A stretch of DNA of 64,000 nucleotides from Candidatus Latescibacterota bacterium (lineage in GTDB: Bacteria > Latescibacterota > UBA2968 > UBA8231): the NCBI GenBank assembly GCA_965223905.1, contig CBDCXV010000009.1, positions 1 through 64,000 on the forward strand. The letters are read 5' to 3'. A program made the translations under genes and the position numbers. Shown here one piece after another: positions 8,914 to 18,791 of the stretch. The notes under the pieces are model-generated. The model searched no databases. It was not told the origin of the DNA and worked only from the letters and a program-made list of their open reading frames with translations. Position 1 is the stretch's first letter. Each line of letters starts with the position of its first letter.

Positions 8914-10373
8914 GCTGCCTCTGCGTCGAGTTGGCCGGATTGATGCCTCAGAACGAGCTTACGCTGTCCAAGGGCGAATGCCTGGATCTGTCGAGGGGTA
9001 GTATGGGGACATTCGGCCCTATACGAACGAATCATAGCACTCCTTACAGTAACGATCCATTGGTTCAAACTTGCGTCATCGGAACAGGCTTCTTGCGTAA
9101 GTAGATCGCACACGCTGTCCAGTATGCTCCAATAGGTTCGAACCGCTCGCTGTCGGTACCCAATTGCCACGTCAGATTTGGTGGTTTGCAAGGTCTCAGA
9201 ATACACTTTGATCCCCCATTTCAGCATCTTTTCGCCCTCGTCGGCAAAAAAGACACCGTTCTCGTACACCGCCATCTTCTGGTCTCCGAGCAATTCTGTG
9301 GGCACAGAGAAGGTCCATTCGGCGGCATCCAGCACTTTACCCTTGTCGGCTGCAAGTCCGCCGAGCCATACATCCACCACTCCTTGGTCGAAACCAATGG
9401 CGAGATTTGATAACGCGAGTGGCCCGCCGACTTTCGCGGCACCTTTGACTGCCAAGACGCTCGGGGCTTCTCGCCAGGGATGTTTGGCCAGATCGACCCT
9501 GATATACGCGTACTCATCGTCACCTTTCCGATTTCGACGCAGCGCAACGGTAGCCATGGGGTCACGGCTGATCGGCAGCTTTGGGTAGACAAGCCCGTTC
9601 GCCAATGTGCATTTCTTTCTGCCTGCGATTCGGATAGCTCGGGAGAGCGGGACAAGCCGACCGAGATAGGTTGAGGAAATCCCTTCAGTACGATCCGGAC
9701 GTTCAAGCCGTTCAACCGGTATATCCCATACTGGTATGCCGATCTCGCAGGGCATTCTGGTTTTTGGCACAAGATTGAGATGAACGGTGCTAAGAAGGTC
9801 TTCCTTTCTCAAGATCGCATGCAACGCGGATCCCTCGACGCAGGGCGCGTGTTCGGAATGCCGGCCCGTGAGATTGCCTGACCATCGTGTCTCGCCAATC
9901 GTGCCGCCGGGCGAGAAACTTTGGTACGTCACCAAATTGAGCACTACCCTTCCTGGCGACAGCTCTCTACGTTTCGTTGAACCGCCATGGTCGAACAGGG
10001 TGTCGTTGTTCCCCGAAGCCAATCCGAAATCCAGTTTATCGAGTGTTGCGTTATCAGTTGGCTCCAGATTTGGCACCTGCAAGAAGGGCCGCTCTCCGAA
10101 CAGCTCGAATCGGTCTGTGCGTACATCAAGATACTTGAGGCTCGCCGGGACAATTCGCTCGCGGCACGCCAGCCAATCCGCTTCGTCTTCGGGGCCGTCG
10201 AGAGCAGCGTGGGTAATGCACAGGAGCAATCTGGTTACGGCGATTCGCTGGGGTGGCTGCAACGCCAGGTCACGGATCTCGTGCGCCCGCTCGAACAGCT
10301 CTTGGAGCCCTACCTGCCGGGAACGTCCCTCGCCGTCGATTACGGGGATCCAGGGCTCACCAATCAGATTCAT
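8910..10373 (-). CDS. cse1: Type I-E Cas8e (Cse1/CasA)
   Basis: MNLIGEPWIPV start, RFELFGERPFLQ, SGNNDTLFDH. Confidence 0.93.
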   Translation of the reverse strand: MNLIGEPWIPVIDGEGRSRQVGLQELFERAHEIRDLALQPPQRIAVTRLLLCITHAALDGPEDEADWLACRERIVPASLKYLDVRTDRFELFGERPFLQVPNLEPTDNATLDKLDFGLASGNNDTLFDHGGSTKRRELSPGRVVLNLVTYQSFSPGGTIGETRWSGNLTGRHSEHAPCVEGSALHAILRKEDLLSTVHLNLVPKTRMPCEIGIPVWDIPVERLERPDRTEGISSTYLGRLVPLSRAIRIAGRKKCTLANGLVYPKLPISRDPMATVALRRNRKGDDEYAYIRVDLAKHPWREAPSVLAVKGAAKVGGPLALSNLAIGFDQGVVDVWLGGLAADKGKVLDAAEWTFSVPTELLGDQKMAVYENGVFFADEGEKMLKWGIKVYSETLQTTKSDVAIGYRQRAVRTYWSILDSVCDLLTQEACSDDASLNQWIVTVRSAMIRSYRAECPHTTPRQIQAFALGQRKLVLRHQSGQLDAEAA

Positions 10374-12668
10374 TGAAATCGCCTTCCCACATGTCCTCGG
10401 CCGGCTCGACAGCGGCGTCCTCGCGCCGCCAGACACCCCGGTCATCCTTGTAGCCATATCGGGTGCCCTGGCCGTCCAGGTTCTCAAGGAAGCCCTGGCT
10501 GTTGATTTTCAGTACCACGACAGGCCCGTACACCGTGCTACGTAACCAACGGGGCGTAGATCGTTCATTGGCATTCTCGAAGTCAGGGTATTTCGGCAGC
10601 GTTACGAGATTCCCGTGCACTTGGCGGGCAGCCGCGACATCGCGGCGCGCGCCTGCTTCCCACACCAACTCGACCGTCTCGCCACTCGCTAGTTCGAGTC
10701 GCGCTCGCGACGAGTCCATCTGGTCGCAGTCTCTCACCAGCAACACTTTGACCATGGATCTATCGTCGTACCGAGTCAAGGCCGCATCTTCATCATCCGA
10801 CCGGGTAGGCAGATCGTCTCGCGTCATAGCCATGGCCAATTGACCCAACCTGCACTTTTTCTCCGCAAGGTGATCATACAAATCTCGCACCCAGGGCGGT
10901 TCAGTAGTGCCCGACTGGCAATACGTGGCTTCAAGCAGAGTGCGGATCTCGTCCGGCAGCAGGACCTCCGGCCTGTCTTGCCAGACTGTGTAACTTCTCC
11001 ACAGCACATAAGGAGCATACACGTAGCCTGACGATCCGACGAGCTCCTTGAGCTCTCTTTGATCGCGGGCGCTGGAAAGACGGTTCCCGGCGATCAGGCA
11101 GGTTGCCCGGCCCGTTCTGCCCTCCCGCGGGTGGCGCCACAACCTGCCCATGCGCTGAAGCAGCATGTCGGTAGGCGCGAGATCCGTGATCAGCATGTCG
11201 CCGTCGATATCCACGCTCTGCTCGACCACCTGCGTGGCGACGAGAACGCACCCTGATGGGCGGTCACCCTCCTTGCCCAGCCGTGAAAGCCACAGCGTCT
11301 CGAGCTCATCGCGGCGCCAGGGAGGAAATCTCGAGTGCAGCAGCCCTACCTCGATCCCTTCCCTCACAGTGCTCTTCACCAAACCGAAAGCCCTCTGGCT
11401 CCGCGCGACGGTGTTGCAGATCCAGAGCGCGCACTGTCCACTATCAGCCAGATCAGCGGCTTGATCAGCCAGGGTTATCAAACTGTCAGGTACGTAACGA
11501 CACTCAACCCTGCGGGACGCCGGTGGGGGAGTCGTACGCGTAGTGACCTCGTTGCCCGATTGATGGGTGATAAGGGGATACGCCTCGGCTTTTCCATGTC
11601 GGTCCGCACCTGAAAAAAACTCGTTTCGTTTTTCCCGCGTGAGCGTTGCCGATAGTATCATCACCGTGCACTCCAGGCGTAGCAGGCAGTCCACGAGATG
11701 CCTTATCAAGGTGCCCGTGTAAGCGTCGTACGAGTGTACCTCGTCGAGGATGACGACTTTTCCTGCCAAGCCGAATGCTCGCACGAAACCGTGCTTGACG
11801 TTCATCACGGCGAGGAGCGCCTGATCGATGGTGCCGACTCCAAACGGATAGAGTAAGGCTCGTTTGATGGGAGCGAACCACGCACCGCCTGGACGGAGCT
11901 CTTCCCCTCCCGGGTATTGGTCGGCCAACCACGCTTGACCGTGAACGAGGCGTGCGCCCGCCCCGACGCCAAACGCCTGATCGATAAACGCCGCCAAACG
12001 ACTGCGAAGACGGTTGCTCGTCAACCGCGTCGGCAGGGCAAAATAGACACCGTGGTGATGGCCGGCAGCCATCAGCCGATAGGCCGCATACAGCGCGGCT
12101 TCGGTCTTGCCCGTACCCATCGGTGCTTCCAGAATAAACAGGCCTGGGCGATCGGCGAGTTCGTGAACCACGGCCTGCATCTCATTTGGTGACGATATGG
12201 CGGGAAACAGGTCTTCGAACGAACACCCTCGTCTGACCTCGGGGATTGCAAACCCTGCATCCTCCAGCGCGTAGCGGGCGCACGCTCCGTGATCGGCAGT
12301 CTGGGGCAACCCTTCAGCAGGAAACCAGTTTTCGTTCGAGCCGATCCAATCCGCCACCGTTGTCAGTCCCGCTGCGAGCCACAGGGACTCCGGGGTGGGA
12401 GACTTCTCCGGCAGCGGGCCGAACGCCTCGATGAGCACCTCCAGCAGCTTTGACCGTTCCGCCGACCAGCTTTGGCCACCGTAGGGGAAACAAGGCTCTC
12501 GTGCAGCTGACTGGGTCCGTTTGCCGTGGTGCACCCCTGCCACTTGAGACCATGACTGCCACGTTTCGTCACGACCGTGGCTATATCCCCAAGTTCGAAT
12601 GGCTGCTTCACTGACCTCTGCATGGTTCGCGCAGAACATGGCAGGCGTGGAGGTCGTTACAGCTTTCC

Positions 12669-14338
12669 CCTGAATCCGTGATCACTTCTATAGCAAATGG
12701 TCAAGTTTGATATTTAGCATGATCAGGCACTTCTCAACAGAGGATTTGGGTGTCAACGACTCGCCATTACGGCTGATGCCGCTGTCGGTGGCTCTCGACG
12801 TCGGCTGGAGTCGCAAGAACGGGCATACAGGTGCCTTGCGTACGGCGGAGAGTCGAGTGCGGGTGAGATCGTCGCCTTCAGGTGCACACACGCAGGTAGG
12901 TCCGTCTCCAGACATCGAACCAGGGATTGAAACACCCGAAGCTGAGGCCGAAACGGCGCGCATGCCGGACCCAGCGGGCCGCTTGGTACATGAGATCGAG
13001 AAGGACGCTGCGGAGACGACGACGGCCGGCCTTTTTACGAAAAGCCACGTGCTTTTCGGGGGGCAGATTGCCGGACTCGCGCAGACCGATTTGGCCGCAC
13101 AGGCGCAGAGCGTTGTAGGCCATCATGGCCAGCAGCAGCAGGAGCGCGTTGGTGGCGAACTTGCCCGACGGCAGGCGTTCCAGATCCAGGTCCGTTTTCA
13201 ACTCGGAGTGGAATTGCTCGCAGGTGCTGTGCTCGCGGTAGAGCCGGATCACGTGCGCCGGCGGCGCCATCAGGTTGGTCCACCAGGTCTGCACCTCGAT
13301 TTCGGGGATCAGCAGCGCCTGACCGTCGACGCTGATCGTGCGCCGCACGACCTCGTAAACGACGCGTTCGAAGGTGTCCTTGCGCTCGCACACCAGCGAG
13401 CCGGTGAAGATCTCCTTGCCGGGCCGCGGACAGGTGCGCTCGCCCAGGGCTTCGGCGTCCTCCAGCCAGGTCTGTTTCGATTCGCTGCGCAGGTTGCGTT
13501 TGACGATGAAGTCGGTCTTGGGAGTGCGGCGCAACTGCTGTACGGTGGCGATGTCGTCATGGGCGCTGTCCATGCGCACCAGCAGCTTTTCCTTGGTGAT
13601 GCGGCGCGCCAGCCGCAGCGTCTCTCGAATAAAGTCCGGGGCTCCTTCCTGGGAGTGCTGACTGCCTTCGCGCAGCTGGCAGTTGAGCAGATACCCTTCC
13701 TCGCCCAGGTAGGCGAAGATCGGGGCAAAGCCGTCGACCTTCTTGTAGGTCCACGACACCCCTTGTTTTTTGGTGTGGGAGTTGTCGAACACCGACACGT
13801 CGATATCCAGCGCGATCCAGGGACCGTAGCGCCCGTCGGCGACTTCGTAACAGGGGGTGAGCGGCGGCGCGTGACGGGCCACCATGTCGGCCGACTCCTC
13901 TCGAATGGCGGTCTCCCCCTGTGCGCCCAAGCCATCGAGCCGCTGCCGCAGCGTGGCCGCCGACGGCACCGCATCCAGGCCCAGGGCCTGGGCGAAGAAG
14001 GGATCGGTGCGAAACGCTTCCACCGCCTCGAAATCCGGCTTGCCCAGCGCCAGCAAGCCGATCATCGACGTCATCACGTCGCCGTGAGAAACCTCGGGGC
14101 AGGGTCGCTCCGGCAAGAGGATTTCATCCACCCGCGCGGCCAAGCGCGTGCGTCCCATCAAGGCCCCGATCAAGGCCAAGCCCGAATGCGAGGTCAGCGC
14201 TTCTTCGCCCTGCGTAACTTCATACGAAACCAGTCGCAATTCTTCACCTCCAAGGTGAGTGGATATCCTCCTCTAAGATAGCCCACATTCCCCTCGGAAA
14301 ACCACCGAAAATCAAGCTCTGGACTTCACGGATTCAGG
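12669..14338 (-). mobile_element. IS1380-family insertion sequence, 1670 bp
   Basis: 13-bp perfect terminal inverted repeats CCTGAATCCGTGA (12669-12681 / 14326-14338); CTTTCC duplicated at 12663-12668 and 14339-14344. Confidence 0.93.
12878..14239 (-). CDS. IS1380-family DDE transposase
   Basis: 453 aa; LTSHSGL, PSAATLRQRL, LDID, VRMDS, EQFHSELKTD, LPSGKFATN. Confidence 0.93.
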   Translation of the reverse strand: MRLVSYEVTQGEEALTSHSGLALIGALMGRTRLAARVDEILLPERPCPEVSHGDVMTSMIGLLALGKPDFEAVEAFRTDPFFAQALGLDAVPSAATLRQRLDGLGAQGETAIREESADMVARHAPPLTPCYEVADGRYGPWIALDIDVSVFDNSHTKKQGVSWTYKKVDGFAPIFAYLGEEGYLLNCQLREGSQHSQEGAPDFIRETLRLARRITKEKLLVRMDSAHDDIATVQQLRRTPKTDFIVKRNLRSESKQTWLEDAEALGERTCPRPGKEIFTGSLVCERKDTFERVVYEVVRRTISVDGQALLIPEIEVQTWWTNLMAPPAHVIRLYREHSTCEQFHSELKTDLDLERLPSGKFATNALLLLLAMMAYNALRLCGQIGLRESGNLPPEKHVAFRKKAGRRRLRSVLLDLMYQAARWVRHARRFGLSFGCFNPWFDVWRRTYLRVCT

Positions 14339-14790
14339 CTTTCCGTAACAGTAGCTTTGGGAAATACTTGGCCAAGAAACCTGGCGAGACTTTGCCCAGG
14401 TCATGGCAGGCTGCCAGTGTGGCGGAACCATCCGGAAACAGGCGCCGTACCGGTCCGGGGGTCTGGTCCAATAGTGCCTGAGCCACCGAACCCACGATCC
14501 TGCAGTGCTGCTCAACGGATAGCCCTGGGCAATTGGATTCCGTGGACTTCGCTGGACAGTCTTGGAAGGGCAGGGCTGGCTGCTTCTGATTTACACCTTT
14601 GGCGAATCTCGGCATTTGTCAAATAACCGTGTGAAGGCGGGATTTTCGACGAGGTCACCGGTCCGTGCCGGCGATGCGACGCAGGGAATAAACTGTCCGG
14701 CCCGCACCCAGGCGAGAACCCTCGCTTGCCGCCTTCCGGATGGTGCGTTAGCATCCTGCGAACCTCCCTCGGAACAAACCACCGAAGACC

Positions 14791-15147
14791 ATGATCGACG
14801 CCGCCCAGGTATCGCAGTGGCTCGGGCAGCTCAGGCGGGGCGTGCTCACCCCGGCTGACCTCGAGCAGGCCCTCGCCCGCCTGAAACAGGACCGCTCCCC
14901 GGCAGTACAGCGGCTGCTTTATCTCCAGACCCACACCACCGACCTCGAGTCTCCCGTCATCGGCATGGCCATCGTCGACGGCGCGGTGGTGCTCGACGCG
15001 CCGGACGACCCGGACGACTGGCCCTACAAGACCGTCCTCGAGGCGATGAGCGACGGCTGGCGCATCGTCAAGTTTCCCGAGATGGCCCTGGCCTACCTCG
15101 ATCCCGACTACGGGGGCATGAAATGGGAATTCATACTCGAGAAATGA
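14791..15147 (+). CDS. Small hypothetical protein coupled to the downstream PhyH gene
   Basis: 118 aa, host-like codons, ATGA overlap with the next gene. Confidence 0.75.
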   Translation: MIDAAQVSQWLGQLRRGVLTPADLEQALARLKQDRSPAVQRLLYLQTHTTDLESPVIGMAIVDGAVVLDAPDDPDDWPYKTVLEAMSDGWRIVKFPEMALAYLDPDYGGMKWEFILEK

Positions 15148-15980
15148 ACGGCGCCGTGGTCGCCGGCCAGACCTGGGACTGCCCGCCCACCCTCGACGAC
15201 CGGCAGGTGATGGATTTCTGCAGAAGGGGCTACGTGATGCTCGAGGAGGTGGTCCCGGACGAGGTCAACCGCCGCACCGTAGAGTTCCTCGACGAGCACG
15301 ACTCCCCGGAGCCGTCGGAGATCCTCGACGAGGACTGGTTCGCAGAAGGGGTGATCCGCAACCCGGAAGGGGCCGGGGCGGTGCGCTCCCTGCTCGGCAA
15401 GGACTTCGTGCTGCCGGCGCTGATGGCCAACCACCGGGTCGAGTGCCCGGCGCCGGCCCTCAACTGGCACCAGGACGGCGGCTCGCTGCTGACCCCCCGG
15501 GTCGACTACCTGCAGGTGTTCTACTACCCCGAGGATGTGCCGAGAGAGATGGGCCCGACCGAGATACTGCCGGGAAGCCACCTGAAGCGGGGCTACGGCG
15601 GCATCCTCAGCAGGCTGCGGAGCGTGCGCGACTCGGTTCTCACGATCGCGCCGGCCGGAACCATATTCCTGACCTGCTACACGATCTGGCACCGCCGCAG
15701 CGCCAGCACCGGCAGCGGCATCCGCAACAACCTCAAGTACAACTACTGGCGCACCTCCGAGCCCTGCCGCGACTGGAAAACCGATCCCGGCTTCAGCTTT
15801 TCCTGGCCGGCCAACGAGTTTCCCGGATTCACCGTTCCTTCGGCGCAGATGCTCGTCTGGCTGTGCGGCGAGGAGTGGGAGCACATGGGCGGCCAGGCGT
15901 GGCCCTGCTTCTCGGAGAAGGTCCACGACCACGACCAGCAGGGGCTTCCCGCCGGGTTTCGCCGGCCTGGGCGGGGGTGA
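15144..15980 (+). CDS. Phytanoyl-CoA dioxygenase (PhyH) family Fe/2OG enzyme
   Basis: WHQD, ILPGSH, distal WHR. Confidence 0.88.
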   Translation: MNGAVVAGQTWDCPPTLDDRQVMDFCRRGYVMLEEVVPDEVNRRTVEFLDEHDSPEPSEILDEDWFAEGVIRNPEGAGAVRSLLGKDFVLPALMANHRVECPAPALNWHQDGGSLLTPRVDYLQVFYYPEDVPREMGPTEILPGSHLKRGYGGILSRLRSVRDSVLTIAPAGTIFLTCYTIWHRRSASTGSGIRNNLKYNYWRTSEPCRDWKTDPGFSFSWPANEFPGFTVPSAQMLVWLCGEEWEHMGGQAWPCFSEKVHDHDQQGLPAGFRRPGRG

Positions 15981-16107
15981 GGGTCGGGCCGGAACAGCTG
16001 TTTGCTGCCTGCTCTGGCGGTTGTCCTGGGGCTTTTGGCCGGTTGTCTCGATGGACTGCCGAGGAAGGGTGTCCCCTTCAGGTCGGCGAAGATTTTACTG
16101 GGAGGTT

Positions 16108-17433
16108 CACTACTGTCCCGCTGTTGGCTGAGTAATTTTTCGTAACTCATTAGTTTTGTTGGCGTTAGAGAACTTTATCGGTGGAATCGACTTGAAATCG
16201 TCTCGTTATTTTGGGCCTTCTCCTCCTCGATCCTTCACAAGGAACGGCCCATGTACAGCGGACGCTTCGTCTTTTCCCAACTCATGGAATTCTTCCCGTT
16301 GCCCGCGTTTCGGCGCTGTGTTCAGCGCTACCGGGGCCAGTACAAGGTGCAACGCTTCTCCTGCCTGGATCAGTTTCTCTGCATGGCCTTTGCCCAACTG
16401 ACTGGTCGCGAGAGCCTGCGAGACATCGAAACCTGCCTTCGAGCGCTTCAGCCCAAACTGTACCCTGTCGGCATTCGCGCCAACGTTTCGCGGACCACCT
16501 TGGCCCGGGCCAACGAGAACCGCGATTGGCGCATTTTTGCCGATTTTGCCCATGTCCTCATCCGCCACGCTCGAACGTTGTATGCCCAAGACGACTTTGG
16601 AGTCCAACTCGACCAGACCGCTTATGTCTTCGATTCCAGCACCATCGATCTGTGTCTTTCGCTGTTTCCTTGGGCCCGCTTTCGTCAGCGCAAAGCCGCG
16701 ATCAAGCTGCACACCTTGATGGATCTGCGCGGTAACATCCCCTGCTGTATCCGCATTACAGAGGGAAAAACGCACGATGTCAATCTCCTCGACCACCTGG
16801 TGTTGGAACCGGGCGCCTTCTATATCATGGACCGCGGATACATCGACTTTGCGCGGCTGTATACCTTCACTGAGCAGGCCGCTTTCTTTGTTATTCGGGC
16901 CAAACGCAATCTGGCCTATCGCCGGCGTGCCTCGCGTGGCGTCGACAAAACCACCGGCGTGCGCAGCGACCAGCGCATTGTCCTGAGCGGACCCCGAACC
17001 TCAAAAGAATACCCCGACGCGCTTCGCCGCATAAGTTTCTTCGACTCCGAAACGAAGAAGCGATTGGTCTTCCTGAGCAACCAATTTCTCCTGCCTTCTT
17101 TACCCATTGCCCAGTTGTATCGATGTCGCTGGCAGGTGGAGTTCTTCTTCAAGTGGATCAAGCAGCACCTGCGCATCAAGGCGTTTTTCGGAACCTCCGA
17201 GAACGCGGTCAAGACCCAGATCTGGATCGCCGTCAGCATGTACGTGCTCGTGGCCATCGTGAAGAAGCACCTGCAAGTCGACCGCAGTCTCTCCGAAATC
17301 CTGCAAATTCTCACCGTTTCGCTTTTCGAGAAAGTTGATATTTTACAAGTACTTACGAAAACTCATCTCCAAAACGAACCGGAGCATACTTGTAACCAGT
17401 TGAAATTATTCGACTTATAACGGGACAGTAGTG
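16108..17433 (+). mobile_element. IS4-family insertion sequence, 1326 bp
   Basis: Inverted repeats CACTACTGTCCCG (16108-16120) / CGGGACAGTAGTG (17421-17433); 9-bp duplication TGGGAGGTT at 16099-16107 and 17434-17442. Confidence 0.95.
16251..17420 (+). CDS. IS4-family transposase (DUF4372-like N-terminus plus DDE)
   Basis: DSSTIDL, MDRGY, YRCRWQVEFFFKWIKQ (YREK signature). Confidence 0.95.
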   Translation: MYSGRFVFSQLMEFFPLPAFRRCVQRYRGQYKVQRFSCLDQFLCMAFAQLTGRESLRDIETCLRALQPKLYPVGIRANVSRTTLARANENRDWRIFADFAHVLIRHARTLYAQDDFGVQLDQTAYVFDSSTIDLCLSLFPWARFRQRKAAIKLHTLMDLRGNIPCCIRITEGKTHDVNLLDHLVLEPGAFYIMDRGYIDFARLYTFTEQAAFFVIRAKRNLAYRRRASRGVDKTTGVRSDQRIVLSGPRTSKEYPDALRRISFFDSETKKRLVFLSNQFLLPSLPIAQLYRCRWQVEFFFKWIKQHLRIKAFFGTSENAVKTQIWIAVSMYVLVAIVKKHLQVDRSLSEILQILTVSLFEKVDILQVLTKTHLQNEPEHTCNQLKLFDL

Positions 17434-17507
17434 TGGGAGGTTACAAAATCCTTGCGAGGGTAGCACGGGTCTGTGAACTTGGCAGCCAATATCCATGAGC
17501 TGAATGA

Positions 17508-18788
17508 ATGGAACTTCCGTACGAGATTCGCGACCCGATCCACGGCTTCATCGGCATCAGCGAGTGGGAACGGGATATCCTCAACCATCCGGTACTCCAG
17601 AGGCTGAGGCGAATCCGCCAGCTCGGCCTGAGCGAAATGGTCTATCCCGGAAGCGTGCATACCCGGTTCGAGCATTCCCTCGGGGTAATGCATGTCGCGT
17701 CGAGGATGTTCAGCGAGATCTGCAAGCGTTCACCGGATCTTCTGAAAGAACTGGGCTACGAGCGTGCAGGGCTGGACCGCCAACATGCGTTGATTCGGAT
17801 AACTGCACTGATACACGACGTGGGACACGCCCCTTTTTCACATGCGACAGAGGAACTTATGGAGAGGGAAGAGGGGGAGGTGGTGTCTCACGAGAGATAC
17901 TCCGCCAGCGTAGTAGAGCACCTGCTTCGCGATGTGATCGCAGATAATCCGGTAAACACTGCCAACTACGGCATTCGCGCAGACGAGGTGACCGCATTAC
18001 TGGCAGAAGAGACCCGGCTCGGACACCAGGAACTGGTGTGGCGAGAGCTCATCTCCGGGCAATTGGATGCCGATCGTGCCGACTACCTGCTGCGGGACTC
18101 CTATCATGCGGGAGTGGAGTACGGGAGATACGACCTCCAAAGGATGCTGGTGTGTCTTCAACTGGCGATCGATCCGGAGACGGACTCACCCCGGATCGCC
18201 ATGAGTGAAGGTGGTTGGCACGTTGCAGAGTCATTCATCATTGCGAGATACATGATGTTCACGCAGGTCTATTTTCAGCATACACGCAGGGCGTACGACA
18301 AGCACTGCGTCATCGCCACGCAGGAGGTGCTCGAGAACGATGCGAAGCAAGCCGGGCGAGCGACGTTGTTTCCACCTGCCGACGATGCAGATTCTCTCAC
18401 CGAGTATCTCGCCTGGGATGACTGGCGGGTTCTGGGGCGGGTAAAAGAAGGGGAAGGAGGAGAGCATGGGGCTGCATTGCTGGAGCGCAAGCATTTCCGG
18501 CATGTCTTCGAAACGCCGGAAGTACCTTCCGAGAAGGATCTCGAATTTTTTGAAACGCTGACAGGTAAACTTGGCGATATGGTCGGATTCGTGGATGAGG
18601 CGCAGAGCTCATTGTACCGGCAAGAGGGTGACCCCCTGATTAGTGGAAAGGACGGAGTGAAGCCGCTCTCTCAGCTCTCGACCATTGTCGGCAGCATGAA
18701 GACGGTAAACCGGCACAGGGTCTACGTTCGACCGTCGGTTCGCGAACCGGCCGAGCAAGTGGTGCGTCTTGCGAAAGGAGGAAACTGA
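17508..18788 (+). CDS. HD-domain phosphohydrolase, SAMHD1/YwfO-like dNTP triphosphohydrolase family
   Basis: RDPIHG, QRLRRIRQLG, HTRFEHSLG, HDVGHAPFSH, DADRADYLLRD, MFTQVYFQH. Confidence 0.92.
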   Translation: MELPYEIRDPIHGFIGISEWERDILNHPVLQRLRRIRQLGLSEMVYPGSVHTRFEHSLGVMHVASRMFSEICKRSPDLLKELGYERAGLDRQHALIRITALIHDVGHAPFSHATEELMEREEGEVVSHERYSASVVEHLLRDVIADNPVNTANYGIRADEVTALLAEETRLGHQELVWRELISGQLDADRADYLLRDSYHAGVEYGRYDLQRMLVCLQLAIDPETDSPRIAMSEGGWHVAESFIIARYMMFTQVYFQHTRRAYDKHCVIATQEVLENDAKQAGRATLFPPADDADSLTEYLAWDDWRVLGRVKEGEGGEHGAALLERKHFRHVFETPEVPSEKDLEFFETLTGKLGDMVGFVDEAQSSLYRQEGDPLISGKDGVKPLSQLSTIVGSMKTVNRHRVYVRPSVREPAEQVVRLAKGGN

Positions 18789-18791
18789 CAG

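Larger units (their letters stand above)
10357..14615 (-). pseudogene. cas3: cas3 (HD nuclease-SF2 helicase) interrupted by IS1380; pieces 14615-14339 and 12662-10357
   Basis: N-piece has HCRIVG and CHDLGKVSPGF; C-piece has HHG, ADWIGS, APMGTGKTE, DEVH, SAT, TQVVEQSVDID, QRMGRLWRH; removing the IS plus one CTTTCC copy gives the continuous frame LLRKAVTTSTPAMFCANH. Confidence 0.93.

Noticed and set aside
12707-14281. 524-aa + strand ORF
   Set aside because: Antisense shadow of the IS1380 transposase with no recognisable motifs
14616-14790. Possible CreA/CreR-like mini-repeat upstream of cas3 (GGCGAGAAC)
   Set aside because: Only the last few bases match the repeat and the CCCCAC/GTGGGG hairpin is absent
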